A DNA stretch of 63,928 bases, the filler included, from Squatina squatina (Eukaryota), in NCBI GenBank assembly GCA_031763465.1. It is 3 parts of 3 records of this genome, joined end to end, with 100 filler letters (N's around TTAATTAATTAA, not from the genome) between each part and the next. Parts side by side here need not be neighbours in the genome. Positions count along the whole stretch, not along the records: positions 21,549 to 39,123 come from JARFOE010000046.1; 2 more parts are not named here. One strand, written 5' to 3'. Below are positions 28,171-39,179 of the stretch, one piece after another; within the stretch, counting starts at the first letter, position 1; each line of letters opens with the position of its first letter. The notes under the pieces are model-generated. The model ran no database searches, was not told the DNA's origin, and worked only from the letters and a program-made list of their open reading frames with translations. The translations under genes and the position numbers were made by a program.

Positions 28171-29270
28171 GAAGCGAATAGTATAGATGCATTTAAGGGA
28201 AAGCTAGACAAGCACACGAGGGAGAATGGAATAGAGGGTTATGCTGATAGATTTAGATGAGGAAAGACGGGAGGAGGCTCGAATGGGGCATAAACGCCAG
28301 CATGGACTGGTTGGGCCGAATGGCCTGTTTCTGTGTCATATATCCTATGTAAACCACTGTAATCTTTCCTACCTTACTTAAATAATCGAGTGACAGTGCC
28401 ATATTCCAATCCATGGGGACAGTTCCTGAATCGAGAGTTTTGGAAGATCATGACAAAAGCATCAACAATATCCTCACCTGCTTCTGTTAATACACAGGGG
28501 TGGAATCCATCAGGTCCTGGAGATTTGGTCATCTTTAATCTCATTAGTTTCTCCATCACCATGTTTTTATTTATATTGAATCTAGTTCTTCCCCTGGATT
28601 TATTTTTAGTTTTCTTTGTGTCTCTGCTATTTTATTCTCATCCTCTACTGTGAAGACCGAGACAAAGCAGCGATTTAGTCAGTCTGCCGTTCCCGGATTT
28701 CCAATTACAATTTCACCTGCGTCTGCCATTAAGGGGCCCACGTTACTCTTCGGAACTCTCTTTTTCTCAATATGTTGGTAAAGCCTGTTGGTGTNNNNNN
28801 NNNNNNNNNNNNNNNNNNNNNNNNNNNNNNNNNNNNNNNNNNNNNNNNNNNNNNNNNNNNNNNNNNNNNNNNNNNNNNNNNNNNNNNNNNNNNNTAAATG
28901 GTGAGAGATTGGGAAATGTTGGTATTCAGACGGTGTCCTTGTACACAAATCACAGAAAGTTAGCATGCAGGTACAGCAAACAATTAGGAAAGCAAATGAT
29001 ATGTTAGCCTTTATTTCAAAGGGATTGGAGTATGAGAGTAAAGAAGTCTTCCTCCGCTAATCTAAAGCCTTGATGGCACCATACCTGGAGTAATGTGTAT
29101 AGCTTTGGCCTTCTTACCCAAGGATGGATATATTTGCTTCAGAGGGAGTGCAACGAAGGTTCACTAGATTGATTCCTTGGGTGAGAAGATGGTTCTATGA
29201 GGAGAGATTGAGTCGGCTAGGCCTATATCCCCGAGAGTTCAGAAGAATGAGAGATGACCTCATTGAATCA
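28171..29270. mobile_element. Cluster of CR1-clade LINE fragments (plus-strand 3' end 28171-28352; minus-strand RT-proximal 28355-28794; plus-strand ORF2 C-terminal part 28895-29270)
   Basis: KSPGPDGFHPCVL motif on the minus strand; gggccgaatggcctgtttctgtg tail; degenerate PHLEYC..W..Y region. Confidence 0.8.
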
Positions 29271-29617
29271 TAGAGGGGGTGAAAGTCAACAGCGCTAAAA
29301 AAGGGTGCAAGCATCAAAATGCAAGATATGCCCACACCCGTTCAAAATGCAAAGGCAGCATTTCAATTTGGTGCTGCCTGCTAATTAACAAAATAGGAGC
29401 CTATTGCAGAACATGCTGCTGATAAGCTGTGCACTCAGCAGGGGCCGATGTTCGTGTCGCTGGAGCGAGGCTAACTTTACTTAAAGCTAGCCTGCTCCTC
29501 TTCAAGGCAATCTGCAGCTCTTAAAGCTGAGCACCCTTCTGCACATCAAAAAAATTGAAATTCCTTCAGCACTAGGCTGAGTTTTGCTCACAGTTGAGAC
29601 ATTATTTAGTACTTTAA

Positions 29618-29779
<162 letters not shown>

Positions 29780-30758
29780 TGAACGGAAAGGGGCTCTGTC
29801 TGTGAAACTGCAGGAGTGTGCGAAAACTATCAAAATCCCCGCTGAGACAGGGAGCGGAAAGATACTTTGGGTTCAGTAATACAAAAGCGAAATACTGCGG
29901 ATGCTGGAATCTAGAATACAAACAAAAATTGCTGGAAAAACTCAGCAGNNNNNNNNNNNNNNNNNNNNNNNNNNNNNNNNNNNNNNNNNNNNNNNNNNNN
30001 NNNNNNNNNNNNNNNNNNNNNNNNNNNNNNNNNNNNNNNNNNNNNNNNTTTCCTCTGATGGCAACATTCGTCACCTGCCTCATCCTGGTTCAGTACGGCA
30101 AGCCAGTGTTGGACTTTCCCAACTGCCCTGCTTGTCTTCCCATACTTGTGAAGTTTGCATCTCTGGGAGCTGTTGGATCCCTGTGAGTGAGGGGGTCCTT
30201 GCTCAGGCTGACTGTTCAGCTGGCACTGTGGACCAGGCGAAGCCAAAGCCATTCCTTATGAGCTCAACCCTCAGAAACATAGGAACAGGAGTAGCCCCTC
30301 AAGCCTGCTCCGGTCAAATCATGGCTCATCTGTAACTCAACCCCATTTATCCGCATTTGCTCCCCATCCCTTGATACGCTTACTGAACAAAAACCTAGCT
30401 ATCGGTCATGAAAATTTCAGATGCCATTGTTAGATTATTGCCATACGTTCAACATCTTTATAATAAAAGACAAGTGGTGGGGAATTTTATATCCTAGTTC
30501 TTTTTTCATACTGTGGCAGTTAGTTTCTTTGATATTTCAGTGTACTGTTAGAACATAGAACATAGAAAATGTTGAACAATGAAAATTGTTCCAGTGCTGT
30601 GATGTGAGAGACTGAAGATATTCAGAGTGTCACTAGGATCTGTGGTTTTCCCTGCTGCTAATTATAGGGAACTTCAATGTCTGGTACATTTGGTAAGATT
30701 CATGCGGTGTTTAGCACCGTGTCTACCCCTTGTCTCACTTTGTCTACTTTTCCTACAG

Positions 30759-30836
30759 GTGGTTGAGAACACCATTGCTCAAGAATGTGAGGATCGAAAG
30801 GATTTGAAACTCTGCTTAGCAAAAGCTTCCATTGAG
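30759..30836 (+). CDS. Probable CCDC183-like coiled-coil protein internal exon (78 bp)
   Basis: tcctacag|VVENTIAQECEDRKDLKLCLAKASIE|gtatta, phase 0-0; aligns loosely with recalled CCDC183 [26 protein letters not shown]; upstream of RABL6 on the same strand. Confidence 0.55.
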
Positions 30837-31162
30837 GTATTAAAAGCGGACAGTTTGATTCCACACACCAGTGTACAACGTCATTCTCAGAGACTCCGAA
30901 TGTAACATTGGGAACCATGGTGGTGTGGGGGAAGGGGATGAAGGTTGGATGGGTCGACAGTGACGGAATGAAGGTTGGTTGGGGGAATGGAATGAAAGTT
31001 GGGTAGTGGGGTGGAAATGAAGGGTGGGTGAGTGTGGGGAAGGGGATGAAGATTACGTTTGAAAATATTGGTGGAGTTTGTGTCGTTTCCAGAGGTTCCA
31101 TTTATAATTGATCTCGGGGGTGGGGGGAGGGGTGCGGGGGCTGCTGGGGGTTTTAAACTTTA

Positions 31163-31610
31163 TGGGCGTGATTTCACCTACCGGGTCGATGGTGAGACGG
31201 GCGAAGTCAGAGGCGGGTTTCAACCCCTCTTCTGTCTCCATGCCCTACGACTCCCCTACGACTTTCCCCTGAGAAGGCTTGTTAAACCTGCCCAGCGAAG
31301 TTCTCAGTCAATTAAAAGGCAGCAGATCTGATGTTGTGTCATCAGCCGGTTTCCTTAAAGGGACCATAGCTAACTATATTCTGACAGTTGTGCTGTCAGT
31401 GTTCTACAGCATTGAGGTGCTGCAAACACTGACCAGCACTGCACAGAGGTGCACGGCTGCACCCAGGCTCTCCCATGACTTCCTCCATATGCTTATGGAG
31501 GGAGTTGCAGCACACAGGGAGGTTCTCTTCTCTTCTCCTGAGCGGAATAGACCAGGGGATCAACGCAGCCTAGTTGCACATTACACAGGAGGACACAAGC
31601 AGTGATGTGG
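31163..31610 (+). mobile_element. PIF/Harbinger-type transposon relic with a degenerate Myb/SANT-like ORF
   Basis: AAPRLSHDFLHMLMEGVAAHREVLF, then a frameshift; resembles the APRFS..L..L...V..RR.VLF Myb-like domain of Harbinger ORF2. Confidence 0.6.
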
Positions 31611-32199
31611 NNNNNNNNNNNNNNNNNNNNNNNNNNNNNNNNNNNNNNNNNNNNNNNNNNNNNNNNNNNNNNNNNNNNNNNNNNNNNNNNNNNNNNNNNN
31701 NNNNNNNNNNCATTGTGATTTAAACAATGTCTTACTTTTTCACTCATTTTACAATTTGCATTTTTGTAAGCTGGTGTTTAAGCTGATGAACATGTACATA
31801 CAGGTAAACACTAATAGCTGTTCTATGTTTCTGTGGAGTCTCTGTGTGGAAGGGCAGTAAATTGAGGCACTACCTTAAACTGATGCTTGTAAAATGTGAT
31901 CTTTGCCCAACACTTATGATCATAGCATCACCATTTGCATTTGCGCTGTATCTGACTGCTTCGCTCCATGTTTGCTGAAAGCTTTTGTTTTTGCTTCAGT
32001 ACCTCAATCCGAACATTGTCTATTAAGTCCACGCCAGTCTGCCTCTAACCAACCAGCATTGTTAACATATTGTCTCTGCAGTTCCAATTATACAGAGCTA
32101 TAGACAATGTAACAGTTGAAATACTCGCGTTATTGCACAGCAATATAGGAATGTACAGGACCAGCCAGGACCCTGCCTGGCCCAGTTTCTCAAGAATAT

Positions 32200-33010
32200 A
32201 TTCTTTTACCTCCCGTATCTTTCTAGTAAAACTTTCACCAGATACTTATCCAACTTTCTGTTCTGGTAACATCCTTGTAAATCTTTTCTGCACTTCCTCC
32301 AGTGCTTCAATATATTTTTTATAGTACGGAGAATTGCACACAGCACTCCAAATGTAGTGCAACCAAAAACTTGAACATTACCTCCCTGCTTCTTTGTTCC
32401 AGGACTTTGTTTTCACTCTTTGTGGATGCTGTGTGGCTACTTTTAGTGATTTATGTATCTGTATTTCCAGATCTCTTTGCTATTCTACCTCGTTTGTTTT
32501 CTTACCTTCCAATGAATAAGTGGGCTCCTTATTCCTCCCACCAAAATGAACCACCTCACACATTGCTATATAATTTCCCATTTATCCACCCACTCTGCCA
32601 GCCTGCTTCTGTCTTCCTGTATTTTGGTGCAGTCCTCCACATTATTAGCCATGCTCTCCCAGTTTGGTATCACCTGCAATTTTCGACACCGTACCTCCAG
32701 TTTCTGAATCTTAATCATTTTTGTATATTGTGAACAGCAGTGGTCCCAACACAGAAACCTGTGGGACCCACTTTGGCCACCCCTTCCTCTATTTTCTGCT
32801 TTGCAGCTATCTTTCAATCCTTTCTGACTCCACACACCCTGACTTTTGTCATAAGTGTCTCATGGGGCACCTTATTTGAAGGTCTTCTGGAAGTCCAGAT
32901 ATACCACATCTACTATGTTGCCCTTGTCTACTCTATCTGTTACTTCTTCAAATAATTGAGGAGGTGTGGGTAAACATGACCTTTCTTTTAGAAATCCACG
33001 TGGACTGTTT
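32200..33010 (-). mobile_element. Old CR1-clade LINE RT fragment
   Basis: Degenerate VDVVYLDFQKTF.KVPH and IQEDRSRLAEWVDKW motifs on the minus strand. Confidence 0.75.
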
Positions 33011-34084
33011 AATTTTATATTCTCTATCTCTGGATGTTTTGTTAACTTATCTTTTGAGAGTTGATGTTGCAGACGGAAGATTATAACACTGGTTAGTACG
33101 CAGCAGAACTTGTTCTTCTGAGGTTAGTGCTGAGGCATTTAGTTGGGGCAGAATAGAGGAATAATCTCTGCATCTGTCGTGAAGTGATTAGGGACTAAGG
33201 GCAGCCAATTCGTGTTTTGGGTGTTTCTAACGCTAAGCGCCGAATTTAGCGCTGGAAATGAGACGCTTAGAAAATTTTCAGTGAAGCCCCCAATTAGCCA
33301 TTTTACAATTTGAGCGTTCAAACACGTGCAAACTTTAGTGTTAAAGGGCCCAAAGAGCATAGAGCTATTCGTGCTCAGCTTCAGCATGCAAATACCTCAG
33401 TTGGCTTAACTGCTTCCAAATACCTAACATCCCGCTTCATTGCTTAAAGCTGCTCTTCTCCCACACACAGACACTGCTTAGGTCAGTTCAGGAGGTGGAG
33501 GAGAGGATATTNNNNNNNNNNNNNNNNNNNNNNNNNNNNNNNNNNNNNNNNNNNNNNNNNNNNNNNNNNNNNNNNNNNNNNNNNNNNNNNNNNNNNNNNN
33601 NNNNNNNNNNNAGTCTGCGAATTCAGCTAATAGGCATGCTTAGCCACTTCACAGAACACTTTGATCCCTCCTGCCTCAGCAGCCAAGAATTCACTTTTGT
33701 CTGCTGTGTAAGATCATAATTTAACGCTCAGAGCAGAGATTAGAAACAGGGCAAGTACAGCCCATGGGGCAGAGTTTAGCAGCTGGAACGCCCAGCCCCA
33801 TGTTTGTTTTTGAGCAGAGACAGAGTGCACCAGACCACAAAATTTGGCAGAACTCAGTTCCACCTAATTTCAGCCCAACTCAACTTTCTGGTTGGAATCT
33901 TCTTTTCAAAGCGACTTTAATATTCGAAAGGGGATGTGGAATGCCCCCACACCATTCTGCAGCTGGTGGGCACGCTGGTGGGTTGACTTTCCTCTCACTT
34001 TCATTATCCTCAACTTGATCCTTTGTCGTTGAAACAAGGCTGGGATCAGGTACATTCCATACCAGGGAATCATGAGTGCAGAAC

Positions 34085-34497
34085 TCATAGAATCGTAGAA
34101 CCATAGAATGATTCAACACAGAAGGAGGCCATTTGGCTCTTTGTAAAGGCCTGTGGTAAATTTGATAAATTTATTCAATTAATCCCACTCCCAGGCGTTT
34201 TCCCGGTAGCCCTGGAATATTTTTTCCCTTCAAGTATCTATCCAATCCTCTTTTGAATGTTCGTATTGAATCTGTTTCCACCACCCTTTCAGGTAATGCA
34301 TTCCAGATCACAGCAACTCGCTGTTTCCTTGTATCACCACAGGCTCTTTCGCCAATCACCTTTAATCGGTGTCCTCTGGCTACCGACCCTTCTGCCACTG
34401 GAAACAATGTCTCCTTATTTACTTCATCAAAACCATACATGATTTTAAACACCTCTATCAAATCTCCTCTTAACATTCTCTGCTCTAAGAAAAGCAA
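34085..34497 (-). mobile_element. CR1-clade LINE 3' end with ORF2 C-terminus
   Basis: LEQRMLRGDLIEVFKIM.GFD...RGHRLK...QRVAVIWNALPERVVE...FKRGLDRYL plus (ATTCTATG)n-like tail. Confidence 0.88.
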
Positions 34498-34742
34498 CTT
34501 GGGGGCCCAATTGGTCTGCGCTGCGTTTTAAACGTAAGGTGNNNNNNNNNNNNNNNNNNNNNNNNNNNNNNNNNNNNNNNNNNNNNNNNNNNNNNNNNNN
34601 NNNNNNNNNNNNNNNNNNNNNNNNNNNNNNNNNNNNNNNNNCTGCCCCAGGAAGTTCCAGACCACTTTGTGGCCAGACTCAGCCTTCCTGGGGTCGACCA
34701 CTGTTGGGAATTGTGTACCATTCTCCTCTTCTTCTGTTCCAG

Positions 34743-34903
34743 AGGAATTAGACTACTCAGGAGCAGGCGCTGATGGAGTTCTCACAAGAGAAGAAATTAA
34801 AAGACGGAGCGAGCTTCTGGTGCAAGATAAAACGAGAATAGTGAGGCGAGTGAAGAAGAAGGGCAGGAAGCGATACGTCAGCAAGAAGGTGGTCATTTGT
34901 TAG
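34743..34903 (+). CDS. Probable CCDC183-like last coding exon
   Basis: ctgttccag|(E)ELDYSGAGADGVLTREEIKRRSELLVQDKTRIVRRVKKKGRKRYVSKKVVIC*; resembles recalled CCDC183 C-terminus VPSRAEIKRQAQRLIEGK..KKKKK; AATAAA at 34941. Confidence 0.62.
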
Positions 34904-35269
34904 AGTCGTGTCTGCGAATAGTTCTGTCTTACTCGCTGAAAATAAACAGCCGTGTGTTTACTGTGCGGACCAGCACTTATTGATTGAGTTTGTACATCAA
35001 CATTTACACAAGAAAATAGAGTAAGGAGTGGAAACCATTTATCTTTTCATCACTCATAATACAGACATTGACACTACGCAGTGCATTACATTGCTGGACT
35101 GATATCTCGGATTCACACTACCAACTTCGGTTCTTTGCACTCAATGAGGTGAGTGATGTTAGTNNNNNNNNNNNNNNNNNNNNNNNNNNNNNNNNNNNNN
35201 NNNNNNNNNNNNNNNNNNNNNNNNNNNNNNNNNNNNNNNNNNNNNNNNNNNNNNNNNNNNNNNATCTTC

Positions 35270-35545
35270 AGTTTGGCTCAGTGGTAACACTCACACCTCA
35301 AACAGAAGGCTGTGGGTTCAAGCCCCGCTCCCGAATGTCAGCACATAATCTAGGCTGACAGTTCAGTGCAGTATTGAGGTGGTGCCGCACTGTCGGGAGG
35401 TTCTATTGTTTGGCTAAAATGTTAAACTGAGGTCTCGACTGCCTTTTCAAAGATCCCATGGCACTATTCAAAGAGAATGAGGGGAACCTCCTGGCGTCCT
35501 GTGAAGCTTTCATCGATCAATCAATATTACCAAAACAGATTATTT
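35270..35545 (+). mobile_element. tRNA-derived SINE (shark L2-partnered, SacSINE1/DeuSINE-like)
   Basis: A-box-like tggctcagtgg and B-box-like ggttcaagccc, followed by ..gatcccatggcactatt.. body; related copies at 38535 and 43785 on the minus strand. Confidence 0.65.
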
Positions 35546-35550
35546 GGTCT

Positions 35551-35937
35551 AAAAACAGAAAATGCTGGAAATACTCAGCAGATCAGGCAACATCTGTGGA
35601 GAGAGAAACAGAGTTACCGTTTCAGGTCGATGACCCTTCATCAGAACTGGAAAAAGGTAGCGATGAAACAGGTTTTAGAGCAAGTGCAGAGGTAGGGAAA
35701 GGGGAGCGGGGAGGAAAGAACAAAAGGGAAGGTCTGCGATAGGGTGGAAGGCAGGAGAGATTAAGAGATGTTAAGAGATGGTGCAAGACAAAAGGAGATG
35801 GTATTGGGCAAGTTTAGATCGGGTGTGAATGGAGATGGCAGAATCATCAGCAGCTGCTGTAGGAGGGAAACAAAAACAGAAAATAGCTAAATAAATTTTA
35901 AAAATATAGGGGCAGAGGTTATGGTGTGAAATTGTTG
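35551..35937 (-). mobile_element. Penelope-like retroelement end fragment carrying a hammerhead-like motif
   Basis: Minus strand agttCTGATGAagggtcatcgacctGAAAcggtaact, followed by the tail shared with the 5461 and 26188 copies. Family assignment is inferred. Confidence 0.6.
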
Positions 35938-36149
35938 NNNNNNNNNNNNNNNNNNNNNNNNNNNNNNNNNNNNNNNNNNNNNNNNNNNNNNNNNNNNNNN
36001 NNNNNNNNNNNNNNNNNNNNNNNNNNNNNNNNNNNNNAATTGGCTCCATTGCAGGCTATGGAATTAAATGTCAGGCGCTGCGTACAGCGGGCACATGATC
36101 CGAGACTTGCTCTTTTGCTCATTTCTTTGCCATGGTCTGGGTGAGCGGG

Positions 36150-36462
36150 GCATGGTCAGAAATAGGGACTACGCAGGCGCAGTGAAAGCATGCCCGGCTG
36201 CTTCAAAGTGACACTGTCCGGGCGTGCGCAGGCGCAGTATGAGCCGGCGGTGAGGGCGGGCCGCGCAGGCGCAGTATGAGCCGGCGGTGAGGGCGGGCCG
36301 CGCAGGCGCAGTGTTTGCCGGCGCTTTCCCCGCCCCCTGACCCCTGACCCCGGGCCGGGCCTGCCGGCTGGATGTGCCGCCGCTGGAGTGAGCGCTCTGC
36401 CTGCCGGTCCCCGGGTCCTGGCCCGGCCACCGAGTGGAGGGAGAGGCCGCTTCCCTGACGAC
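36150..36462 (+). promoter_or_regulatory. CpG-island promoter/5' UTR of RABL6 with a 37-bp tandem duplication
   Basis: CpG-rich; four CGCAGGCGCA (NRF1-like) motifs and two GGGCGGG boxes directly upstream of the RABL6 ATG. Confidence 0.75.
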
Positions 36463-36592
36463 ATGTTTTCGGCTCTGAAGAAGCTGGTGGGCACGGAGCA
36501 GGCCCCGGGCAGGGACAAGATCATCCCGGCCGGGCTCCAGAGCATGAACCAGAGCCTGCAGCGCAGATTCGCCAAGGGAGTGCAGTACAACA
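36463..36592 (+). CDS. RABL6: Rab-like protein 6, first coding exon
   Basis: MFSALKKLVGTEQAPGRDKIIPAGLQSMNQSLQRRFAKGVQYN|gtgagt, nearly identical to the recalled human N-terminus. Confidence 0.96.
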
Positions 36593-37113
36593 GTGAGTGG
36601 CGCCCGGGGCCGGCACAGGGGGGATAGGGANNNNNNNNNNNNNNNNNNNNNNNNNNNNNNNNNNNNNNNNNNNNNNNNNNNNNNNNNNNNNNNNNNNNNN
36701 NNNNNNNNNNNNNNNNNNNNNNNNNNNNNNTGGCAGTCATTGACTCGTGCTGGTTACAGTTCCACAAAACTGCTTCCCTCCAGTTCCTCACCCAACTAGC
36801 CGTTCCTCTTTGCCTAAATAACAACCATGACTGCACTTCAAAAGTAATTCCTGGTAAAATTCTTTGGGGCGTCCCGAGGACATGACGGGGTTATATAAAT
36901 ACAACTGCTTTTTTTCCTCCCCATTTCTACCCATCTCCCAATTGTAATGCCTCTCTGGGCTTGTCCCATGTGGTTTCTAACCGCCTGTGCAGTGTGAATG
37001 GCTGCAGCCTGTCCTTGACTGCTGCTGTGGCTGCATCACTGGGGGAAGCCCACTGACCAATCCAGTACCTGCTTATTTCCCCCAACTAATGTTGCCTTTT
37101 CTTTGACCGTTAG

Positions 37114-37219
37114 GTTACCCAGATCATCCTACATTCGATATGCAGAATCTTCAATGAGGAATGGCTTTGGGCTGAAGTATTTACACAAGTTTTTCAATAT
37201 TCCATTTCTCCAGCTGCAG
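37114..37219 (+). CDS. RABL6: RABL6 internal exon
   Basis: cgttag|LPRSSYIRYAESSMRNGFGLKYLHKFFNIPFLQLQ|gtgagt. Confidence 0.93.
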
Positions 37220-37444
37220 GTGAGTGCTCTGATCAGGCTTTAAATTCTCCATCACAACTCCTGTATTGGTGCTGATTGGTATATGTGACACTACCTGTAT
37301 TGTATAGGTTTCCTCTGATGACTAAAACACATCTTGAAGTGAGCTAAAATCGCAGGTACCTTGACTTTGCAACTAGTTGGCTGTGTAGCATGGGCTAATG
37401 CGACGTGGACTGTGTGGGGCAGGACAGGGCCTTGCAAAGTAGGA

Positions 37445-37593
37445 AGGCCCCAGCTTTAGATAGATATAAACGGTTATGATATAGTTGCGATTATGGAGAC
37501 ATGGCTGCAGGATGACCACTGAACATCCAGGGGTATTCAATATTTAGGAAGGACAGGCAAAAAGGGAAAGGAGGTGGGGTAGCATTGTTAGTA
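37445..37593 (+). mobile_element. CR1 LINE endonuclease N-terminal fragment
   Basis: YDIVAIMETWLQDD..NIQGYSIFRKDRQKGKGGGVALLV. Confidence 0.8.
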
Positions 37594-38041
37594 ANNNNNN
37601 NNNNNNNNNNNNNNNNNNNNNNNNNNNNNNNNNNNNNNNNNNNNNNNNNNNNNNNNNNNNNNNNNNNNNNNNNNNNNNNNNNNNNNNNNNNNNNTATTAC
37701 AGGTGGTGGGTGGGGGTGCTACAATCTGGGGGGAGGGGTTATCACAGGTAGTGGGTGGTAGGTTCTACAGTCTGTGGGGAGTGGTCATTACAGGCTGGGG
37801 GGAGGGGTTATTACAGGTGGTGGGTGGTAGGTGCTACAGTCTGGGGGGAGGGGCTACGGATTTGGGCCGGGTGTTGGGCTACAGGCGGTCGGCTGGCGGG
37901 GGCACAGGTGGGATGATTACACGGTTACTGTCTGCCGCCATCTTGGGTAGAGCTGAGTGACGGAGTTCGTTGGCTGGTGGTGCAAGCGATTTAACAACTG
38001 TGAGTCGCCTACTAATAGCTGTTTGCCTCACTCTACTGCAG

Positions 38042-38218
38042 TGATGGAGAGAGGAGGGGGAATCCTATGGTAGCAGGTTTCCAGGATGACTTGGATCTCG
38101 ATGACCAGATGCTGCAGAAGCCTAGCGTGGAATCGCAGGTTCCCAGTAAAGACATAACCCTGTCCAGTGATGAAGATGAGTGTGCAAAGGTCACCACACA
38201 TCACGCTCCATCAAAAAG
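38042..38218 (+). CDS. RABL6: RABL6 internal exon
   Basis: ctgcag|DGERRGNPMVAGFQDDLDLDD...PSKDITLSSDEDE...|gtcagt; GNPMVAGFQDD is a RABL6 motif. Confidence 0.88.
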
Positions 38219-38803
38219 GTCAGTCGTTGATAAGTGGTGAACGGCTGTTTTCTGGACTGGAGGGCAGTACACAGTGGTGTTCCCAGGCGTCGGTATTAGG
38301 ACCATTGATATATATTCATGATCTAGTCTTGGGCATAAGGGGTATCATTTCAAAGTTTGCAGATGCCACAAAACTCTGAAATGTAGGGAAGAATGAGAAG
38401 GACAGTAACAGACTTCAGGAAGACACAGATAGGCNNNNNNNNNNNNNNNNNNNNNNNNNNNNNNNNNNNNNNNNNNNNNNNNNNNNNNNNNNNNNNNNNN
38501 NNNNNNNNNNNNNNNNNNNNNNNNNNNNNNNNNNAAGGCGCCACCCCCGACACTGCAGCACTCCCTCAGTACGGCACTGGAGTGTCAGCCGAGATTGAGT
38601 GCTCAGGTCTCGAGTGGGACTTGAATCTGTGTCCTTCTGCCTCGGAGTGGAGAGTGGGACCCACTGAGATTTGGCTAGCATCGAGTGTGAAGCTGAGTGT
38701 GTTCAGTTTACCTGATTTTGAGCTTTCTGAACCCACTTTCGCTTTCTCTTCTCCCAACTCCCCTCCCCAGGTAATAACTGTTGACTTGTGATGTTTTTTG
38801 CAG

Positions 38804-38981
38804 GAGGTGTTCCCAGTTCGAGAGGACAGCTCCGAGCTCTCCAATGATGACTTCAGTTCGGCAAAGCTCACAATGCCGGTGAAACCACAGGCATGGGCCA
38901 TGAAACCGGCCAATGAGCTGGACTTGTTTGGTTTGGGCATTGATAATAAAAGCCCCGCAGCCCCGGAGAGCAGCGATGAAG
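38804..38981 (+). CDS. RABL6: RABL6 internal exon
   Basis: ttttgcag|EVFPVREDSSELSNDD...NELDLFGLG...ESSDEG|gtgagg versus recalled NDSDLFGLG..ESSEEG. Confidence 0.82.
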
Positions 38982-39167
38982 GTGAGGCCAAGAGATTGTG
39001 CTCGATAAATATTCAGGGTTTATTAATGAGAGGCATAGGCCTGGGTTTTATCACAAGTTCTGGTACCAGGACTTTGGTTACCATGTCAAGGGGTCTGGGG
39101 AGAAAGCGGGACTATGGCATTGANNNNNNNNNNNNNNNNNNNNNNNNNNNNNNNNNNNNNNNNNNNN

Positions 39168-39179
39168 TTAATTAATTAA
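39168..39179. other. Artificial scaffold spacer TTAATTAATTAA
   Basis: Same 44 N + 12 + 44 N structure as at 21493. Confidence 0.95.

Noticed and set aside
37933-37945. YY1-like GCCGCCATCTTGG in a RABL6 intron
   Set aside because: A single motif next to a simple repeat, with no other promoter evidence.
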